From: Escherichia phage JLBYU08
Length of the DNA stretch: 64,000 nt
Reading direction: 5' to 3' (one strand)
Sequence record: OK272482.1
A program made the position numbers and the translations under genes. Positions 59,180 through 64,000 of the stretch are shown piece by piece. Below the pieces are notes generated by a model. The model searched no databases, was not told where the DNA came from, and saw only the letters and a program-made list of their open reading frames with translations. Position 1 is the stretch's first letter; each line of letters opens with the position of its first letter.

Positions 59180-61258
59180 TTAAAAAGGTGTTTCATCATC
59201 CTCAAAACCAGGGACCGGATCAGAGGATGGATCATCGTATTGGAGGTCTTCCTGCGTGTCAATAGGCTTGACAGTGGGTGTTACAACCTTATCAGCCACA
59301 ACCTTGCCCATAGGTGTTTCTACAACTGCATGCTCCTGATCCTCAAACATAGCCTGAGGTCTCCAAACAACCTCCCCACCTTCTCCGTCTGTGAACATCT
59401 GCATTTCTTTGTCCCAGTACCAATTACTGGCATCATAGAACTTACCTGTATGCGGATCCATAACTAAAGTGTCAGCAATACCTAAAGTTTTTGCTGGACG
59501 GTTTTTAAGACCTACCAGACGGACACGTCCACGAGAACGATCCACCATTTCTTCGGCCTCGACACCTATGACTACCCAACTCAACTGTTCAAGCCCAGCC
59601 GATCCTCGCAAATTCTCTTTTCGCACAGGATACCAGAAAGGTAATGGGTTACCATCCTTGTCCTTAGGGGGCACAATCTCTGTACGTTTGAGGTGAGCGA
59701 TCACCAAGATAAACACGTTAAACTGCTTACAAAACGCAGCCAGTTGGGTCATAGCCATGTCCAGTTCTTTTCGCTCATCCTTAACATTAAGCCCTGAAAT
59801 TACCATGGACAGGTGATCCAGCACAATATAACGACAATGGTACAGGCAAACCATTTGCTTAAGCTTGGTAATCAACTCGTCCACTGGAATAGACCCGAAA
59901 TGTTTGAACACTTTGATTTTTCCAGCTTTTGCCCATGATTGGTGAATCTCTGCGTGTTCTTGATCAGTTAAAAACTGGCTAGGATCTTCAACAAACTCTT
60001 TAACATCAAACCCTAACTGGTTTGCATACAAGGAGTTAATTGCTTCCTCTGGGTCCTCCTCAAGATGAATCATGCATAGACGATCATCCTCTTCATAGTC
60101 ATCGGCCTTCGGGCATGTCGGGTCCATTAGGTATCTTGCAATACAGTGTTCCAGTTTTTTAGCCACGGTTGTTTTACCGCCGCCTGATGGACCTGTAAGC
60201 ATTACAAGTGTCCCTTTGTGCAAGCCTTTTAGCATTTTTTGCAGTTTTGGGAACTCTGCACTGATATCTACCCCGTTGGAAGTCTTTTTCCGCAAAGACT
60301 CGATAGAGAAGTCTTCTAAATCCGACACAGCATCAGGCACATATTTAACAGGGTGCCGGAACATGTTGACAATATCTTCCAGCTTTTTAGCCTTCAGCAT
60401 GTCTCGGATATCTTTTACACCGTCAGGGTCATTTACTTCACCAGGGTATTCTACGTGGTAAACGTTATCAGCCATCAAAAATGCTGCGATATTGTGCGTG
60501 GCCTCAACACCTTTAATGACGTGTTTTTGCTTCTCTACCTCGTTAGCTGCATCGTTATCCATTGCCAGCACAACTGTTCCATAGCTACGGATAAACTTCT
60601 CATTGTTTGCAAAAGTATCTACTGCGTTTGCACATCCACAGTTAATTCCAACAAAAGGCAGGCAGGGTTTTCCTGCCAGATCACCACCGTTGATAACTGC
60701 GTCGATCCCGTCCTGGACCTCTTTAGCCCACTGCTTCACCTTTGCCGGGGCTTTAGCGTTGGTGAGAATCCCTTTTACTTGTATCTGATATGCAGCCTGC
60801 CATGCTGCAATAACATCACCTTCTCCCTCACAAACGTTAATCTGCTTACGGTTGTTGGAAGATGCACACAGCTTTTGACCAAACATCTGGGAGTTGGCCT
60901 TTACGATACCAACAACGGAGAAATGGCCCCTTTGCTCTTTAGGAATAGTCCAGTCACGCTTTTTGAAACCAGACAGATTTCCGTAGCGGTCGTAATATGG
61001 GAAATATGTTGCAGTGACTGTCACACCGTCTTCTTGGGACAATGCTGATCGCACACCAAAATATTGTGCAGCCATCAGACCGATATTTTGTTGTGGGACA
61101 GGGACAATTTTAGTATTTTCTAAAACAGTCTCTACAGTTTCAACTTCTTTTTCATCACGATAGTCTCGTTTCACACTTCCCCCACTTTTATACTTAGTTT
61201 CTTTCGGGTTTGGCTCACCGAAACGGTTGTATGCAGATGCCATAAATTTACTTCCCAT
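59180..61258 (-). CDS. bifunctional primase-helicase (T7 gp4-like)
   Basis: 692 aa; TOPRIM VCEGEGDVIA and AMDNDAAN; helicase Walker A LTGPSGGGKTT and Walker B IVLDHLS. Confidence 0.85.
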   Translation of the reverse strand: MGSKFMASAYNRFGEPNPKETKYKSGGSVKRDYRDEKEVETVETVLENTKIVPVPQQNIGLMAAQYFGVRSALSQEDGVTVTATYFPYYDRYGNLSGFKKRDWTIPKEQRGHFSVVGIVKANSQMFGQKLCASSNNRKQINVCEGEGDVIAAWQAAYQIQVKGILTNAKAPAKVKQWAKEVQDGIDAVINGGDLAGKPCLPFVGINCGCANAVDTFANNEKFIRSYGTVVLAMDNDAANEVEKQKHVIKGVEATHNIAAFLMADNVYHVEYPGEVNDPDGVKDIRDMLKAKKLEDIVNMFRHPVKYVPDAVSDLEDFSIESLRKKTSNGVDISAEFPKLQKMLKGLHKGTLVMLTGPSGGGKTTVAKKLEHCIARYLMDPTCPKADDYEEDDRLCMIHLEEDPEEAINSLYANQLGFDVKEFVEDPSQFLTDQEHAEIHQSWAKAGKIKVFKHFGSIPVDELITKLKQMVCLYHCRYIVLDHLSMVISGLNVKDERKELDMAMTQLAAFCKQFNVFILVIAHLKRTEIVPPKDKDGNPLPFWYPVRKENLRGSAGLEQLSWVVIGVEAEEMVDRSRGRVRLVGLKNRPAKTLGIADTLVMDPHTGKFYDASNWYWDKEMQMFTDGEGGEVVWRPQAMFEDQEHAVVETPMGKVVADKVVTPTVKPIDTQEDLQYDDPSSDPVPGFEDDETPF

Positions 61259-62042
61259 TAATTCTGCTCCTTACTGCAGGCTCGTTTGCTAAGAATACGG
61301 CTTTTGCCCAGCCACGTGGTGTGAGGCTTCGGATCATCTTCGTTCTTGCACTCTTTCCACCCAGCTTGGCGTGTTGCATGGAATACCCGCTAACCGCGTC
61401 AACTATTTGCTGGACAGGTTTTGTGGCCGGGATTATAAATCCATTACCTATCCAGCCGCAAGTTATTTTTGGATAGGCATCACGTGGAGCTATAAATTCA
61501 GGAAACCAGGGGTTTACATCATCCTCCGGTAAATACCCGCCATAGTCAGAAGGGTGAAAACGGTAATCAGGTTTGCGCCACAGTGTGGACATAACACCCA
61601 CAGGATTCTCTACATGCCACGGGCAATCGTAAATCTCTCCCAACTCTTCTGCAACCCGAGCATCCTTTACAGCATTAATCTGGATCAGCGGGTCCTTAGC
61701 CAGCTTCTTCTTAAAGTGTGCAGCACCTGACACCGCTAAGTGGGTGCACGGAGGAAATGCAAGAACAAAGTCCGGAGCTGGGTACATGCAGAAAGTTTCC
61801 TGAGGGAACCATGGATCAATCCAATAATCTACATAGTGAATATTTGGATGATCGGTGATCACCTCTGCATAACTGCCGTGGTCAGCACCTTCTGCGTTAA
61901 AGCACAGGCACAGATATCCAGCTTTTGCCCAGTCAATGACTGCACCGCCAGATCCGTCAAATAGACTCCACACAACACCTTTGTGGTAGTGTTCTTTATA
62001 GATAAATTTCAATTTGCTGTCTCCTAATGCAAAAAGCCCCAC
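61248..62042 (-). CDS. DNA (cytosine-5) methyltransferase-like protein, unusually short
   Basis: 264 aa; motif I SLFDGSGG, motif IV FPPCTHLAVSGA (Pro-Cys), motif VI HVENPVG. No obvious QxRxR or target-recognition domain seen. Confidence 0.55.
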   Translation of the reverse strand: MGLFALGDSKLKFIYKEHYHKGVVWSLFDGSGGAVIDWAKAGYLCLCFNAEGADHGSYAEVITDHPNIHYVDYWIDPWFPQETFCMYPAPDFVLAFPPCTHLAVSGAAHFKKKLAKDPLIQINAVKDARVAEELGEIYDCPWHVENPVGVMSTLWRKPDYRFHPSDYGGYLPEDDVNPWFPEFIAPRDAYPKITCGWIGNGFIIPATKPVQQIVDAVSGYSMQHAKLGGKSARTKMIRSLTPRGWAKAVFLANEPAVRSRINGK

Positions 62043-62063
62043 CCTTTCGGGCAGGGCCTAGTG

Positions 62064-62546
62064 TTAAACCCGGATACCTATTGTATACTCGGTGGATACC
62101 AATGTCAAATCTAAATTTAAAATTTCTTGCATCTCATAGTATGCATCCAGGGTGAGATACATTTCCCCATCCTTTTCTACATACTTGTCAAGGTGTTTGA
62201 GGCACTTTGGATAACTATTAAGGGCAGCCTTTAGGCACTCAAACTCTGTGCTGTTGATGAATCCTTCCATCTTGGCTACCCGTTCTGGGGTAACGATAGC
62301 ACTGTAGTGAGATTTAGCTTCCTGAATGCAATGGGTCCAAGCATCAACTTTCTCTTCGAAAAGTCCGAAGAACTTCTTTTTGGTGAGCTTCAGATTCTTT
62401 AAGTGCTTAAGCACTCGGTTGCCGATCACAGATACATCACGAAACTTAAAGATCACTTTGTCAATATCCTCGCGGCCTATTTTTACAAAGCAAGCCTCGC
62501 ACATTTCAGGAGAGGCATAACCTACTTTCCACATAAAATCTGACAT
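62064..62546 (-). CDS. hypothetical protein
   Basis: 160 aa. Confidence 0.5.
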   Translation of the reverse strand: MSDFMWKVGYASPEMCEACFVKIGREDIDKVIFKFRDVSVIGNRVLKHLKNLKLTKKKFFGLFEEKVDAWTHCIQEAKSHYSAIVTPERVAKMEGFINSTEFECLKAALNSYPKCLKHLDKYVEKDGEMYLTLDAYYEMQEILNLDLTLVSTEYTIGIRV

Positions 62547-62558
62547 AACACTCTCTCC

Positions 62559-62954
62559 TTATTCCTGAAAAGCAACGATATCATATGCACTTACCAATGA
62601 TTCCGGTGAAGAATGACTCCAGTCCAGGTTATCAGAGTATCCAGCGTGCTGTGCACCGCTACGTAGTTTGTATTTTACCCACTTACCTGGTGCAGGGTTT
62701 TCACCACCTTCCCATGCTTCCCAGTCTTCTGACAGGCCGTCCTGAGAGCAGTCATCCACTTCACTGATAATCTTAGGGTTTGGCACCAAGATCCCTGCAG
62801 GCTCCTCCTTCCGGATAAGTGTCCACACAGCGTAGGTGTCTGAGCAGGCGCATGATAGCAAAGTATATCCACTATTTAGAACTTCTGCAAGCTCTTTTTC
62901 AGCATCTTCCAATTTGGTTAAGTGGTATTGGATAATCTTCACACCTGTAATCAT
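62559..62954 (-). CDS. hypothetical protein
   Basis: 131 aa. Confidence 0.5.
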   Translation of the reverse strand: MITGVKIIQYHLTKLEDAEKELAEVLNSGYTLLSCACSDTYAVWTLIRKEEPAGILVPNPKIISEVDDCSQDGLSEDWEAWEGGENPAPGKWVKYKLRSGAQHAGYSDNLDWSHSSPESLVSAYDIVAFQE

Positions 62955-63298
62955 CAGAAACCTCCCACTTCTTCAGCAAATGCAGCTGCTGTCGTCGCTG
63001 CATCCAGATAGGACTCTAGTTCACGAGCTGCACGTTTGTAAATTGAGTGGCGAATATCGTTTGGCAGTTGGTGGAAGTCCACCTCTTCACCGTTGCGGTA
63101 AACATGCACATCAGTGATCTGTCTAAATCCGTAATAGTCAACATCAGAATCACGGCACTCCGGGTCTGGCAACTGGACAACTGCCTGAGCTTCTACAGTG
63201 AACATATCGTCAAGTTCGAAATCGATTTCAAAAGTGTATGGTTTATAACGTTTCATCATTTGATTGTACTCTTTATTGATCAGACTTATCTTTCGCAA
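62954..63298 (-). CDS. hypothetical protein
   Basis: 114 aa; 1-nt overlap with downstream gene. Confidence 0.5.
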   Translation of the reverse strand: MRKISLINKEYNQMMKRYKPYTFEIDFELDDMFTVEAQAVVQLPDPECRDSDVDYYGFRQITDVHVYRNGEEVDFHQLPNDIRHSIYKRAARELESYLDAATTAAAFAEEVGGF

Positions 63299-64000
63299 TT
63301 AAGGTCGGGGCAAGTTTGTAATAACGGAAGCCACCACCACCTTGCCAGTTTACAGACTTAGAAATACCACCTTGATCTTCACCGTCGATCACTTTTTCCA
63401 AGCGCGGAATAATATGGGTATGACAATGATCACCTAGCTCGATTGAGATCCAACATCTTTTCATCTTGTGAGCTACAGCGGCGGTAGTTCCCGAACCACC
63501 GAATGAATCCAATACCAAATCACCTTCTCGCGTACACATTTCGAAAATCCGCTTCAAAAGCGCTTCCGGTTTTTTCCCATTTTTGAAACTAACGCCGCCT
63601 TCATTTGCTATTCCATTCCAACTAATGTCTGTCCAAACATCAGTTATCAGTTCCGCAGGTTGCATCTCACCATCAATTTCCAAAAGCCTGTTGGAGTAAA
63701 AGACCATTTGCCTACCATTTGCGATATAAAATCCTTCAACATCCTCATTTGGATGTACATAAACCTTATCTCTATCTTTCTTTGACTTCTCTATAGTTTC
63801 TTTTCTCTTTATTTTAGCACCACCACCAATTGCAACAGATTGAAATACACGTTCTGCATTATCAATTGCGAATTGTGCTAATTCATCATCGAATGTATTA
63901 GGCAGTTTTTTCTTGGCTTCTTTTGCATCTTTATAGCCATTGGCCTTTGCAAACGCATCGGCAATACCGCACCACGTCCAATTTTTATAATGGTCGTCCG
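63273..64000 (-). CDS. beta-class N4/N6 DNA methyltransferase (5' end outside window)
   Basis: AdoMet motif LDSFGGSGTTAAVAHKM near the C-terminus. The reading frame stays open upstream of the track ATG (63707) to the window edge, so the DPPY-type motif is expected beyond 64000. Confidence 0.7.
   Translation of the reverse strand, partial: DDHYKNWTWCGIADAFAKANGYKDAKEAKKKLPNTFDDELAQFAIDNAERVFQSVAIGGGAKIKRKETIEKSKKDRDKVYVHPNEDVEGFYIANGRQMVFYSNRLLEIDGEMQPAELITDVWTDISWNGIANEGGVSFKNGKKPEALLKRIFEMCTREGDLVLDSFGGSGTTAAVAHKMKRCWISIELGDHCHTHIIPRLEKVIDGEDQGGISKSVNWQGGGGFRYYKLAPTLIAKDKSDQ

Noticed and set aside
1-64000. tRNA, tmRNA or rRNA genes
   Set aside because: Scanning by eye for T-loop-like GGTTCGAATCC/GTTCRANYC motifs with acceptor-stem pairing found nothing, including in both ORF-free regions. 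A tRNAscan-type search would be needed for certainty.

Overview
This window looks like the early/middle region (replication, nucleotide metabolism, host takeover) of a large virulent dsDNA phage. The host is probably a Gram-negative gammaproteobacterium: the endolysin resembles lambda R, an SSB-like protein ends in DDDIPF, and there are dozens of sigma70-type TTGACA/TATAAT promoters. I saw no structural, integrase, transposase, tRNA or CRISPR genes. The window has five parts. (1) 1-34.0 kb, + strand: ATP-dependent DNA ligase, endolysin, HNH, FEN-type exonuclease, RuvC-like and EndoVII-like nucleases, an exonuclease, two N6-adenine MTases, dNMP kinase, a HAD phosphatase, ThyX, NrdA/NrdB/glutaredoxin, NrdD/NrdG, PhoH, a ClpP-like protease and an HPF homologue, followed by a long run of tiny paralogous genes. 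(2) 34.0-36.55 kb: an ORF-free, repeat-dense region. (3) 36.56-47.1 kb, minus strand: an island of about 32 tiny unknown genes, nearly every one with its own promoter / 5' GC-hairpin / RBS cassette. (4) 47.1-48.07 kb: a second ORF-free repeat region. (5) 48.07-64 kb, minus strand: small genes, a TARG1/DarG-like macrodomain, a 408-aa SSB-like protein, a family A DNA polymerase, a T7 gp4-like primase-helicase, a C5-MTase-like gene and a beta-class N4/N6 MTase that runs off the window. The strongest finding is that the DNA polymerase gene is split inside motif C by a 329-nt ORF-less group I intron with recognisable P, Q, R and S core elements. Other leads are the two repeat-rich non-coding regions flanking the island (iteron-like ACTGTTTAC array, nested repeats, Fur-box-like operators, a 29-33 bp inverted repeat), the modular promoter-hairpin cassettes, candidate counter-defence or host-manipulation genes (macrodomain, HPF, ClpP-like, four MTases), and a segmentally duplicated small-protein family. 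All calls rest on reading the sequence and on motif memory; no database search was run.
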